A stretch of DNA of 63,904 bases, filler included, from Octopus bimaculoides (Eukaryota): the NCBI RefSeq assembly GCF_001194135.2. It is 7 parts of 7 records of this genome, joined end to end, with 100 filler letters (N's around TTAATTAATTAA, not from the genome) between each part and the next. Parts side by side here need not be neighbours in the genome. Positions count along the whole stretch, not along the records: positions 1 to 15,264 come from NC_068983.1; 6 more parts are not named here. One strand, written 5' to 3'. Of the stretch, positions 1 through 12,817 are shown in pieces (within the stretch, counting starts at the first letter, position 1; the number at the start of each line of letters is the position of its first letter). Below the pieces are notes generated by a model. The model saw only the letters and a program-made list of their open reading frames with translations, was not told where the DNA came from and did not search any database. The translations under genes were made by a program, and so were the position numbers.

Positions 1-68
1 TATATATATATATATATATATATATATGCATACATACATATATATAATATATATATATACATACATAC

Positions 69-162
<94 letters not shown>

Positions 163-180
163 AATATGTACACATGTATA
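1..180. repeat. (TA)n/(CA)n microsatellite
   Basis: Direct inspection. Confidence 0.98.
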
Positions 181-799
181 TATGTGTTTTTAAATGTTTG
201 CTAAGCCTTAAGTGCCTTTTTAAGGATCAGTACCCTAACTTCAATTATATAGTATAAGACAGATGAGAAATAAATCTCTCCATGGATAGGATGCAAGGTT
301 ATATTCCCAAATGTCCTGCTACTTATTCCCAATAGCTATGTGAATAGAAGCAATGTTCAACTATCTGATGAACAATGGTAAAGTGAACTGTAAGAATTAT
401 CTCTTATGTGAATTGAAGTAACACCAATAGCAAATTCGAACACATAACCTGCTGAATATTGTCAATAACACACAGTCAATAGCAACAACTTTTTGTCAAT
501 AACTATTGTCAATAACACTCACTTTTATTATGTTTAGAATAGCAGCAGCACTGTATAAAAGGCAAGCTTTCTAACAAACTGACAGTTTTGTGCTGAAACC
601 TTTCCAACATTAATTTACTTGTGGAGAAGATTAGACTCTACCAAGCAAGTTTTCTTTAGATAGTCTACATAGTGACATTTTCAATGGTTCAGATAACCAT
701 GATTAATTAGTATATAGTACGTGTTGAATAATAAATTCAAATTGTGGATTTTCACTTTTGTTCTATAAGAAATACGAGTAAAAATAAACAAACAATTAC

Positions 800-870
800 C
801 ATGTACTGAGGAAAATATATTGATTCATTGCGATTACCAATGTGTCTTTCTTTGTAGACTTTCATCTCAA
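800..870 (-). CDS. EXOC3: EXOC3/Sec6 exon (last one in window): (F)EMKVYKERHIGNRNESIYFPQYM
   Basis: ctatttccag acceptor, gtaatt donor; phase 1 start fits the previous exon. Aligns to human EXOC3 DEAQLYKEEHLRNRQHPHCYVQYM (recalled). Confidence 0.88.
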
Positions 871-1209
871 CTGGAAATAGGAGAAAAAACAGCTATTAAT
901 ATGTATTAAGACATTATCATCATCATCATTATTATTATTTTTAATGAGCTGAACAAAAGCAGTAAGCTGGAAGAGTCCTTAGAGACTAAAAAAGAACAAA
1001 AACAAAATGCCTTGTGTTGCTTATTCCAACTCTTTATATTCTGAGCTCAACTCCTGCCAAGGTCAAATTTACTTTCTGTCACTTTCATGAATAAAATAAT
1101 ATGTCAGTGAAGTAGTGGGGAGTGGGGTCAATGTAATTGACTGCCCCACTCTAGCCCTCAGAAGCACTAGCCTTGTGCCTAAATTAAAACATTAATATTA
1201 TTATTATTT

Positions 1210-1830
1210 ACTTTTAATCTGCATGCTTGTTACAATCACTTGCCAAGATACACCCAGCGTCCTAGAGCAAGTGAAGGATAAGAGATGTTACAGTATGACT
1301 GAAAGTTTGGGGAGGGGAAGTGGTAGGGGCAGTAGTGAAATATCTTCATGTAATACAACATAGACATTTAAATTGATAGGGTTTTTCTAAGGATGTGATT
1401 AGTACTTGTCAGTGCAATCTTTAGGATTTCTCTGAGACCTGGTTCTCCTGGGATATTATCTAGATGTTTCTGACATCCTTTTCTTATCATGCCTAAGGTA
1501 CCTACAATAACAGGAACAGTTCTTGCTTTAAGATGCCACGTCTTTTGTATTTCAATTTCCAGGTCCTTATATTTACTTAATTTGTCAAATTCCTTTACAG
1601 GTATATTTTTATCAGTGGGAACAAATCTATTAATCTACAAGTATTTTCTTCCTTGTCTTTAATGACTATGTCTGCTTGATTAGCCTGGATCATTCTGTCG
1701 GTGCTGACTGGAAAATCCCAGAGGATAGTGACATTTTTACCTTCAACAACTAGCTCAGGACAATGTTCATACCAGTTAAGCAGAAGTGCTGATTTTGTAG
1801 CATAAATACTGTCCTACCCTATCATGGCGA
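1210..1830 (-). mobile_element. 5'-truncated R4/Dong-like non-LTR retrotransposon (RLE endonuclease end plus 3' UTR), decayed
   Basis: Minus-strand translation with frameshifts: RHDRVGQY...WYEH...ILWDFPV.TDRMIQANQADIVIKDK...KEFDKLSKYKDLEIEI.KTWHLK...VPVIVGTLGMI...KIALTSTNHILRKTLSI*. TAA-rich tracts at both ends. Confidence 0.85.
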
Positions 1831-1884
1831 TTTTTGTATTATTAACATTATTATTGTTGTTGTTGTTATTATTATTATTTGTCT

Positions 1885-3100
1885 AAAGCGGTGAGATGGC
1901 AGAATCGTTATTACTATTATTATCATTATTATTATTATTATTAAGGAAGGTGAGAGAGGGGTGGGCTGCCTTTCATCACTTTAGAGTTGATGAAATAAGT
2001 ACCAGTAGAGCATCAGGGTTGATGCAATCAATTAGTTCCCTTCCCACAAAATTTTCAGGACATGTGCACATAATACAAAAGATTATTATTATTATTACAG
2101 CAACAAGCTGGCATAATTGTTAGCATACTAGGCAACATGTTTAGTGACATTTCTACCAGCTTTATTTTGTGATTTAAAATTCCACCAAGGTCAACTTTGC
2201 CTTTCATCATTTCAGGGTTGATAAGTAAGTAAATTTCAGGCCTTGTGTCTAGAGTAGAAATTAGCAGAAATGGGAAAGTGACAAATAGAATACTTTGCAG
2301 TATTTACTTATGTCTTTTTGTGTTCTGAGTTCAAAACCCAGCAGGCTCAATTTTACTTCTCACCAATGAGTACAACTAGAAGTGATTAAATCAACTACAC
2401 CCTTTCTGTAAATTTTTAGCTTTATGCTTATACTAGAAATTATCATTATTAAGGTGGCAAGTTGGCGGAATCGTTAGCACACCAGATAAAATGCTTAGTG
2501 GCATTTCATCCATCTTTACATTTTGAGTTCAAATTCTGGTGAGGTCAACTTTGCCTTTCAGCCTTTCGGGAGTCGATAAAATAAGTACCAGTTGAACACT
2601 GGGGTCAATAAAATAAGTACCAGTTGAACATTGGGGTCGATGTAATCAACTCCTCCTCTTACCCCCCCGCCAAATTGTGCTCTTGTGGCAAAATTTGAAA
2701 CCATTATTAAGTTGGTAAGCTGGCAACGCCATTACAGCACTGGACAAAATGCCTAGCAGCATTTTAATACATCTGTATGTTCTGAGTGCAAATTCCACTG
2801 CCTTTCATCCTTTCAGGTTCAATGAAGTAAGTACCAAGTACCAATTGAGCAGTAGGGTTAACGTTATCAACTAGTTCCCATTTCCCAAATTTCAGGTCTT
2901 GTGCCTATAGCAGAAAGGATTATTATTATTATATCAGAAGGAATGGAAGAAACAAGTAAACAGAGGACAAAATGCCATGCAGTATTTACTTCCTTCCCTC
3001 TACATTTTGATTTTAAATCCCATCAAGATGAACTTTATTTTTCATCCTTTCAAAGACAATATTTAATAAGTACCCATGATATCTTGATGTCAAATCACTC
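1885..3100 (+). mobile_element. Head-to-tail chain of about 7 tRNA-derived SINE family B copies (single copy also at ~960-1200)
   Basis: Repeated aaggtggc.agctggcagaatcgttagc heads, gagttcaaattcc B-box, gcctttcatcctttcggggtcgataaaataagtaccag core and (ATT)n tails. Confidence 0.88.
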
Positions 3101-3106
3101 GACTGT

Positions 3107-3139
<33 letters not shown>

Positions 3140-3519
3140 TTAAAATCCACGTTCCATGCTGGTATGGGTTGGATGGTTTGACAGGATCCAAATGGATTTA
3201 AGGACTGCATCATGCTCCATTGTCAGCTTTGGCATGATTTCTATGGCTGGATACCCTTCTTAAAGCCAACCACTTTACAACATATATTTGGATGCTTTTT
3301 TTCATGCCACTAGCAACACCAAGGATACAATGCAGCTCACAGGATGATGAATCCTGGAGTTGGGGTGGCTCAGTTACAAATTCATACTTTTATGTAGCTA
3401 TAAGAAATCACTGTTACTATTAAGAATAAACAAGGAGTGGAAAAAGGTAAATGTTCAACATGGCAGGGGAAATATGGCAAATATTTTCAATGATAGAGAA
3501 AATGTACATCTGACAGATA

Positions 3520-3913
3520 CTCTTTTACTTGTTTCAGTCCTTTGTGGCCATGCTGGAGCACCGCCTTTAGTCGAGCAAATCAACCCCAGGACTTATTCTT
3601 TGGAAGCCTAGTACTTATTCTATCGTTCGCTTTTGTCGAACCACTAAGTTATGGGGACATAAACACACCAGCATTGGTTGTCAAGCGATGTTGGGGGGAC
3701 AAACACAGACACAAACATATACACACACATACATATATGTATACATATATACAACAGGCTTCTTTCAGTTTCTGTCTACCAAATCCACTCACAAGGCTTT
3801 GGTCGGCCCAAGGCTATAGTAGAAGACACTTGCCCAAAGTGCCACACAGTGGAACTGAACCCGGAACCATGTGGTTGGTAAGCAAACTACTTACCACACA
3901 GCCACTCCTACGC
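3520..3913 (-). mobile_element. tRNA-derived SINE, family A
   Basis: Head GCGTAGGAGTGGCTGTGTGGTAAG...GGTTCAGTTCC (A/B boxes), internal (TA/TG)n, tail gactgaaacaagtaaaagag; near-identical to other copies in the window. Confidence 0.92.
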
Positions 3914-4532
3914 TTATGGATGTTCACAGAATCATTTGCAAATCCACTGAGATTTTCGACAAACAGCATAATAACTTTCTTTGCTAATTCTGCCACCCCT
4001 ACGCCTGTTGATGTTCACAGAAGAAATACCAGGGAGCTTAAAATATTATACTTAAACGATTTGATTTATGAATTACTGTTGACAGTTCAACAGGTTTTGA
4101 TGAGTCCCAGGACTGTATATCAAGCTGACATTGAAGCTCAACACAGTCCTCATAAACTTTGGATCCAATTGAACCATCCTACCTATGCCAGCATGGAAGA
4201 TGGACATATGATGATGATGATGATGACTGGTAGTGGATAGAAGACAGCATAAAATTTGGATAAAAAATATTTAACAGAAGTTTTTTCTTAATAAAGAAGA
4301 AAAAATTGCTGGAAACAATTCAACTTATTCAACTCATGCCAAAACTGTAAAATATATAAAGACCCATAGATAATGTAGATGGTGTAATAAAATATGAAAC
4401 TAGAGATGTGTTGTGACTTAAGTAAATGAGAAAAAGGTGTTTTATATACTCAGTTTATCTTTTGCCAAATCAGTCTAAAAATAGAGAAGAGAAAAATTTA
4501 ATCTGTTGAAAAAACTAGTTTAGTCTACTTAC

Positions 4533-4626
4533 ACTTGTAATCATTTGCAAATCCACTGAGATTTTCGACAAACAGCATAATGACTTTCTTTGCTAATTCT
4601 GCACTCACTGTCTGAGCAACTTGCAA
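4533..4626 (-). CDS. EXOC3: EXOC3 exon: LQVAQTVSAELAKKVIMLFVENLSGFANDYK
   Basis: tttag acceptor, gtaagt donor, 94 nt. Matches human [31 protein letters not shown]. Confidence 0.93.
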
Positions 4627-5259
4627 CTAAACCAAATAAAATACAAAAAGGAACTTTGAAACAAAGTTTATAGAAAATGAACAAAGTTACACAACCCTTT
4701 CCCTTTTTTTTTATGTGTGTATATGTGTGTGTGTGGGGGACTATATTCTATTTCTTTATTTTCAAAAGAGCAGTGTATTTTCATACTTGTTTTGAGTGTA
4801 AATTTCAGCTTCATTGTGGCTGTGAGTATATTTTAATTCAAAGCTTAGCAAATGAAATTTTCCCTATCAGATATTTTTAAAGCAGATACTATCAAAGAAT
4901 AATTGAAGAACGATCTATTTAATGTTATATGGCTGGAATATCCTACAAGTGAAATCAAAATAATTCTTAATGGAATTACCTTTACAATTTGAAAAATTAA
5001 GAAAAAATTTAAAAATAAGAATAACTCAGCAGAGTTTATTGAAAAACAGAAGCAAACGAATTATATCTTTAATAAATAATATTTAACATTCAAAGAAACT
5101 GAATAATGGATCTCAACTTTTATAGATACAATAAATTGTGGATGTTGTAAAGATAATTTATGGACACTGAGTATTTTAAAATCTGCCTTTTATTTAAATA
5201 AGAAAGACAAAATTAATGTGTTCAGAAAATGATAAGACTTGTTCCTTCAAGAAACTTAC

Positions 5260-5352
5260 ATTCTGATCAACCATCTCAAAAATAATAAGCGTCATTGGTG
5301 TACTGTAGTATTTATCTTTATCTTGTTCAGGTAACTCTTCTTTGAACCAGTC
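5260..5352 (-). CDS. EXOC3: EXOC3 exon: DWFKEELPEQDKDKYYSTPMTLIIFEMVDQN
   Basis: atttccag/gtaagt, 93 nt. Matches human [31 protein letters not shown]. Confidence 0.95.
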
Positions 5353-5994
5353 CTGGAAATTAGGAATACATACATATTAACAAACATCAAAATGCTTGCT
5401 TTATGATAGAAAAATATATGACATAAACATTTTACATACAGATGTACAAATATCTCCACGAAATACGGGAGGTTATGAAGTTATAAATATTTGGTACCTA
5501 AATTAAATGAAGCATGAAAGATTGGTTATTGTGCCAAGAGATAACAAAGTACCCACAGCAGATGTGAACTCATGGTCCACAATATTGTGGACATTAGGTG
5601 TTCCATCATGTCATTTCTGCTCATCATCATCATCATCATTTCATGCCAACATGGGTTGAACAGGTTGTCATGGATCAAATGAATTCTGATTTAAAGTTAC
5701 TGCCCTCGTATATGGATTGGAGAGAATAACTTATTCATATATTCCACTTCTGGCATAGTTTCTACAGCTTACTGCCATTTCTATTGCCTACTACTTCACA
5801 AAGTTTACTGGGTGAATTTTATTGTCCACTGGAAAATGTATTGTCCTTGACAAGACTAAAGGGTCTCCTGTGCCAGCCACTTTACAGAATATTCTGGGTA
5901 CTTTTATCATAGCACCAGCACTGCATAGTTATTTTACCTCAGCAAGACTAAAGAGTCCTCCCTATGTTGTCATCATTCATTTTCCAAACACTCT

Positions 5995-6310
5995 ATCATC
6001 ATCATCATCATCGTCGTTTAACGTCTGCTTTCCATGCTAGCATGGGTTGGACGATTTGACTGAGGACTGGTGAAACCAGATGGCTACACCAGGCTCCAAT
6101 CTGATTTGGCAGAGTTTCTACAGCTGGATGCCCTTCCTAACACTAACCACTCCAAGAGTGTAGTAGGTGCTTTTACGTGCCACTGGCACGAAGGCCAGTC
6201 AGGCGGTACAGGCAACGGCCACGCTCAAATGGTGTATTTTACGTGCCACCTGCACAGGAGCCAGTTCGGCGGCACTGGCAACGATCTCACTTGAATGTCT
6301 TTACACATGC
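5995..6310 (-). mobile_element. Family D: RTE/BovB-tail-like element with a (GAT)n tail and internal ~60-bp repeats (weaker copies 3100-3330, 5620-5830, 14440-14590, 44760-44830, 46860-47060)
   Basis: catcatcgtcgtttaacgtctgctttccatgctagcatgggttggacg...ctacagctggatgcccttcctaac shared across copies. Confidence 0.85.
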
Positions 6311-6625
6311 CATCTGCTACTCTTGACATAAAACCTGCAAATGCTCAACATGCAAATGTTCTATTTTAAATATGTTTTCACTGCCAGCTCAATAACCAGT
6401 AGTTACTGTACACTTACAGTCATTAAGAAGTCAAAAGAGAAATTAGGAACAGAAATAATTTAAACATGAAGAAGATTTGGTGTAATGAAATGAGGTTTTT
6501 AAATAGTAATATTTATCTAAAACATTAATACTAAGAATAGGTACAAAAATAAAATAGCAGTCTATCAATTAGCTGGGAATCATGCTGTCTCTTTTCTTTA
6601 CCTTTTCTACTACAGTATGTAGTAT

Positions 6626-6870
6626 ATATGGAGGTGCATGGCTTAGTGGTTGGGTGTTGTACTCCTGACCATAAGACTGTGGTTTCAATTTCTGAGCTAG
6701 GTGATGCATTGTGTTCTTGAGCAAGATACTTCACTTCATGCTGCTCCAGTTCACTTGGCAAGCAAAAATGAGTGACTGACTGGCATCCCATTCAGTAGGG
6801 GAATATATACACCACAGAATCAAAGAAAACAGCTTTATGATCCAATGGCTTGGAAAGGAGCTTTGAGAAA
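6626..6870 (+). mobile_element. Old tRNA-head SINE with a CORE/V-like centre (related fragment 23670-23785, minus)
   Basis: ggaggtgcatggcttagtggtt head and ttgtgttcttgagcaagatactt centre. Confidence 0.6.
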
Positions 6871-7133
6871 TAGTATAGGAGCTAACTGGTCTTGTGTCAC
6901 TTCCATTCAAGTACTCCTAACTCATTCATCTCTCCTCTTCCTTTCATCAACCATATTGTGTTTACCATCCAGGCTCATGCATTAACCACTGTAGTGCATT
7001 ACTGTGCTTGAGAAGACCTGCCCACCACAACAGAACTGAGAACATAAAACCAACAACAATTACAAGATATGAAATAAATATTATATGGAAAATGTTTCCA
7101 TGAAAGAAATAGACATAATCAAGTGCAATTTAC

Positions 7134-7200
7134 TTTTTCATCACTTTTCAAGGCATTGTGAGTCCATTCTATAATATCTTTCCTTTTATTCTTTAAAAAT
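7134..7200 (-). CDS. EXOC3: EXOC3 exon: (E)FLKNKRKDIIEWTHNALKSDEK
   Basis: ttcttttcag/gtaaat, 67 nt, phases fit both neighbours. Matches human YMSTLTSNIIAWLRKALETDKK. Confidence 0.9.
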
Positions 7201-7894
7201 CTGAAAAGAAATAACAGGATATTTGTATAATTATAATACAAATTACACTTTCTTCCTTAATTCCTTCAAGAATGTATTAGACCAATAGTATTATATTATA
7301 ATCTTTTTCCTATTGCTAAATGTCTAGCATCTCAATTTATAACAAATCTCTCAACCAGAAACTCTATTTTTCTTTGACAAGAATAAAATTCGAGTTGATG
7401 AGATTAAATTTATATGCCCTTCTTGTTATATTAATGTAAACATTCATTCTTTTGTTTTAAGCTTGATTTTTTTATATTGGTAACAGCTGAAGGCAATATT
7501 CTTATGATCTGATGCTCTTTCTGACACCTGTCGCTTCCTGCTTTATAAATAAATGGGCTTTTATTCCACTATTTTGAGAATGCAGAAAGCTACAGGACCT
7601 AATATTCACTGAGAATGTAAATATGATGTCACTGTTTTTTCGCTCAGGTAATCTCATGCAAAGAGCAGAAATGATAACTTTCACACACACACACACACAT
7701 GACAGGCTTCCAAACAGTTTCCATCAACTAACTTCACTCACAAGGCAATTAGTAGGTCTAAGGCGATAGGAGAACATACATATCCAAAATGCTACACTGA
7801 TAATAAAAGCAAAATTAGGTCAAGGGCACTTAGTCCATTAACTGCCCAGACACTAATTTTTCATATGATAAAAAATAAATAATAAAAAACTTAC

Positions 7895-7990
7895 TCATCT
7901 TGTAACATTTCAACCACATCATTTTCCAAGAGTGGCCCAAGGTCTTTGGTATCAAAATTTAATTCTGGGTTTTTCATAAGTTCTGGAGAA
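7895..7990 (-). CDS. EXOC3: EXOC3 exon: (D)SPELMKNPELNFDTKDLGPLLENDVVEMLQD
   Basis: actttcag/gtaagt, 96 nt, phase 2/2. Matches human STEMMRNVELAPEVDVGTLEPLLSPHVVSELLD. Confidence 0.93.
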
Positions 7991-9860
7991 CTGAAAGTAT
8001 TTGGCATTAAATATTTGTTAATTTATAGTTTTGATAAGAAAATTCAATAGCTAAAAATATTTAAAATCATTTAGAAAAAGTTAGCCTGTTTCCAATCTTA
8101 TCTTGTACACTGATTACTAGTTGATATGAAAGTAAAAATGTTTTTCTGATTATTAAATAAAATACATGTTTAAATTCTATCAAATTGGTCTCTTATGCCT
8201 AGAAAAATGCAGCCAGCTCATGAACTAACAACACACACACTTTGTGTATGAGTGTTTGATTTTGTTTATATACCTTGAACTGCTTCTAATTCATATTTGA
8301 GTTATTTCTGTGGCATGAAACATTGGGACATGCCAGTAGAAGGTTTTTAAACCATTTAGCATAAAGTCATAGTCAGTGACATAGCTTGCAGCAGGCCTTG
8401 CTTGGTATGAAGCATTGATAAGTCACAACAATGACAAAACATTGATGTGTGTTGCTCTGAAAAGGGACCTGATGTGAGTTGTCTTGCTTGCCTATGGCTT
8501 ACTTTCAGGAGTTTTTAAAATCAGGAGCATTGAGAATATATTCTCTTACACCTAAAAAAATGAAGGCAATCCACAAACTAGTAACATAGACACACCTTGT
8601 GTATGTGTGTTCGATTTTGATTATAATTGGCTTTATGTTTAATTACAGTAACTGTTAATGTACATACAAGCTTCCATCAAAGACAGATTCCAAAATTACC
8701 AGGACTGATTATAAAAGATAAGTTGAGTTAAGGATTTCTATTTCAAAACTAGTGCATAATATAATTCCAAGTTTTATAAAAATTTATGAGATATTTCAAG
8801 CATCAAATGTCATCTCATATTGCCATCTACAAAGAATATGTCAAATTATAAGTTCATTCCCCAAAATGTAGATAACTAAATCAATAGGATATTAAGAGGT
8901 TAGAGGTTTATATTCTAGCAGCTGCAATTTTGTATTTGTGGTGTAGACATTTAACTGTTAACCGCCAAATATGCCAAGCTAAATTGATACTACAGGGAGA
9001 TACAATCTAGAACACAATAAGGTAAAGTGTGAAGATTGTTAGAGAGGATAAGACACTGAACTACTTGTTTGTAGATTCAACTCCACAACAGGAATTGCTT
9101 TGTGTTTCTAAATAAAACATTTCATTCTCCATTAAGTCAGTTCACCAAACTGTCAAGAATGTAGGTACCAGATCATTAGGAAATGATACCTGTGAGAGAT
9201 CAGGACTTTATCTTGTGGCAGACACATCTTTACAATGCTTCACAAAAGAAAAAAAAACACACTAAAAGGTTAAGCACCGACTCTTAAAATTATTGTAAGG
9301 CAGCAGTTCTTAATTTATGAGTCTTAGTATAAAAGTAAAAAACTCTTTAACTTTTGAAATATCTGAGAAAATATTCATGAATATGTTATGCCATAAGTGC
9401 CATGACAACATTTTCTGCAAACAAAAACTGAGGAATATTCCTCCCTGCAAAAGTATAAAATGTTAGGTACCTTCATTGGATTGTATTGAGACAAAAAAAA
9501 AAAAGAGTAACAAAAGATTATTGATTTAACAGAATGAATTGCGATGGTAACAGGTTGAGAGCCACTAGCTTACAGCTTAGGAGCTAACTGGTAAGTGGAT
9601 CCTTCAGAACAATATAGTAGTAACCAAAAGAGAGGCCTTATTTCAGAAATGAAAATGTTACTCAGTATAATCTGCATTAAGGCTTTCTAAAGTATTAACA
9701 TCAGTTAAATTTTTAAAAAGAAACCTTGGCTTAAAAGGAAGTTCCTTTGATAATGTTTTAGCAATATTAATATGAGGTCTTTATGAGAAGCAGAAATGGT
9801 GAATCCAAGAAGTGAAATAAAGTTACACAGAAGTAATTATGAACAGAGAATAAGACTTAC

Positions 9861-9934
9861 TCATAGCTGTTTAACCATGTAAGTAATGTAATGAACTCAT
9901 TTCCTTCTAATTGCTGCTGGATAAGATCTTTCAA
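9861..9934 (-). CDS. EXOC3: EXOC3 exon: LKDLIQQQLEGNEFITLLTWLNSY
   Basis: attctag/gtaagt, 74 nt. Matches human MQDLASEDLEANEIVSLLTWVLNTY. Confidence 0.95.
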
Positions 9935-11054
9935 CTAGAATAATTAAATATAAAAAAAACAACAGTATATTAAATTCTTTTAAACAACAAAATAATATGA
10001 AAAACAGAATAGACAAAATGGCAATGAAAAGATACCAAATTAAAATAGTAATTGTTTCATTGATAATACAAAACTCTAGATGAATTCATTAAAGACAAGT
10101 TATGAAACTCTCATCCAATTCAACAACTAACTATTTCCACAATTAGGCAATTGGAATGTTAGAATTAGCCAAAATACAAATTCTGATGGTGGATTGCACA
10201 TACATACATCCATATTGTCATCCAATTTTTTCTAATCTAATATATAATTTTGAAATGTCCTGTACAAAATCACTTATTACATGGTCTTAATAAGCTACAT
10301 TTGAAAGCAAGCATATAAATGAATGTTTTTAATATCTTAACTCTTCTGAGTAATGTATTTAAAGATATGCACATAAACAGAAAAATCAAAGAGAAAATAT
10401 TAAAAATTCTCAAGTGATAGAATAATAGTCTTGAAAGTCAAACATTTTCATCTGACACAAGAATTTTACAGCTGTATATATAGCTTTTCTAAAGCAACAC
10501 TAATGAACTAAGGCTAATAGAATGTTTATTTCAATTTTTTTCTTAAGTTGCATTACAAAACTTTAACTAACAAATAGTTTCTGAGGCCTCTACTGGTCAC
10601 AGTTGACCATGTAACTGCACATGTATGCTCAGACCTAGGTAAGGTGTTTTTCCTTCCTTCTCCACAAAACAAATGCTGTCCAAGGGAAAGCCTGCAGCCT
10701 TAGGGCCAATACAGCTTCACACCAGTGTTGTTACAGGCATTGCTGTCAGAATTTAAAGGGCCAGAACAGAGACCATCAGACATTACATCTTACATTCTAA
10801 CAATTCCTCCAATTCACTGCCCTGGATTGGTAATTTTTTATCAACCCTCAAAGGATGAAAGGCAAAATTGACTTTTGCCATATTTGAACTCAAAGCATAA
10901 TAAGTCAGAACAAAAGCTGTGGGGTACTCTATCCAATGCTTTAATGACTACTAGCTTGCTGCCTCAACAGGTAGGCTATAAGCAATGAAAAGATGTGTTG
11001 ACTTGTAAATCACAATTTTTAGAAGTTGAAGTAAAATAAATTCTTAAAACTTAC

Positions 11055-11138
11055 ATGATCTGATAAACATTTATGGTACATTTCAACATAAAGCTTTACA
11101 ATGTTATATTCTTCTGGAAAAATTGGAGGGAAAAGTGT
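11055..11138 (-). CDS. EXOC3: EXOC3 exon: TLFPPIFPEEYNIVKLYVEMYHKCLSDH
   Basis: ttttcag/gtaagt, 84 nt, inside ORF 11019..11213. Matches human NLMVQCFPPHYEIFKNLLNMYHQALSTR. Confidence 0.95.
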
Positions 11139-12711
11139 CTGAAAAATGAAAAATATGAAGATACTGATTTTTTTTAAATAACAAAACAACTGAAGTCTTA
11201 GAATTTTGTCCAAGAAGAGAATTTTCTATAGCCAAAGATACGAATTAATTTTGTTTTTGTAAACTTACCATCAATTAAGGGTGAAATTTCATTATGTCCT
11301 TTGTTGATTAAATGAGATAATTTACTGAACCTCTAAAACTCCACCACTAGGATGTAGATATTTTTGCAACAACTATCCAATATATCAAAATATTCCAGTT
11401 CTTTGCAACCATTAATAAACTTTGCAATACATTCTCATACAAGATATTTTATTAGATTAATAACATTAATAAAATATATAAAATGAAAAAAAACCCCCCA
11501 AAATAGTTCTGAATCACTAGTCATCTCTTTTTTCCTTTCTTCACATGAAGGTAANNNNNNNNNNNNNNNNNNNNNNNNNNNNNNNNNNNNNNNNNNNNNN
11601 NNNNNNNNNNNNNNNNNNNNNNNNNNNNNNNNNNNNNNNNNNNNNNNNNNNNNNNNNNNNTGAATACAATTCTATAAAAAAGTTGTTTTCTAATTTTTTT
11701 TTTTTAATTTGAAAACCCCTTTGAAATAAACATTGATTAAATAACATGAATTGCACTTCTGAATTAATTAAATGCCAAAGAGAAATCATTATTAGGATTA
11801 TCACTAGTATATTGTTTTGAAACTAAAAATCTTTATTTCAAAGATTATTGAATGAAATTGTCATCTAACTTAGTAGCATGGGCCATTACTTAGCTTGGCT
11901 TCATAAATCTCCCCTTGGATAGGAAGCCACTTTATAACAGCTTATATTTCCAATTGACTTGATATCTATTCATGACAGATAGGTAAACTGAGAACTGAGG
12001 TAATGTAGAATAATATATTCTTCCCATAAACACAACAAAAAACCTGGATTTGAATTCATCCATTTGAACTCAAATCTACTTGACTATCTCACTTCTTATT
12101 AGATCACTGACAATCAACTAAAGTCTGTCTTGAAGTAGTGTATCAAGAGTAAGTGAGCCTAATAGAACACATATTTCTTTCCTTGTTATTGGCAAAGGCT
12201 AGATCTGCAGGCATGAGATATATATCTCTTGGAATTTGACTCAGTCATAGAATTAACTCACTAGGAGTTTACCATAATTCTGTATTAAAAGTTTTGCTAT
12301 TTCCTATTATTTTTAACAATACTTGGCATTTTGAGAAAAGGATTATCAAGAACAAAGAATATCTTTAATAATGAAGCACTATTGTATTGCTGAGCACAGG
12401 ATCTCTTACTTTACAAGTACCATGTTCTAAAGAGCATAAAGACATCTGAGTTATGTGGAATAAATCAGAGAATAATATGTATAAAGGACAAGTTAAATGA
12501 AACATTTCAACCAGGAATCAAAACTGCATAGCAAACTGTTTTCCATGAGCTTCTCCCTATCATATAACATAAGTATATTTAATTCTTCAGTTATAAGCTG
12601 TAAGAAAAATATTAAGTATGAGATACAAATAATGTCTTTTGTCTCTTTCTTCCTCTTGGGTAAAAATACTTTTTAGGTTACAGAATAATTATATAGAATA
12701 CAATATACAAC

Positions 12712-12817
12712 CTTAACAACTCTGAAATCTTCTATCATGAGTTTTCTGGTAATTTCCAAATGGCGTACAAGCCACATTTTATTATCTGAACGGTCTTCCA
12801 GCTGGTTGCATTCAATT
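12712..12817 (-). CDS. EXOC3: EXOC3 exon: (R)IECNQLEDRSDNKMWLVRHLEITRKLMIEDFRVVK
   Basis: ttttcag/gttgta, 106 nt; carries the conserved Sec6 motif KMWLVRHLE. Confidence 0.97.

Noticed and set aside
5575-5592. Perfect 18-bp palindrome gtccacaatattgtggac
   Set aside because: A 9-bp arm is within chance expectation for 64 kb.
11269-11332. Extra EXOC3 exon (perfect TG|gtaagt donor; RFSKLSHLINKGHNEISPLID)
   Set aside because: Exons 12712 and 11055 already join in frame and colinear with human EXOC3; the peptide does not align and the acceptor is weak.
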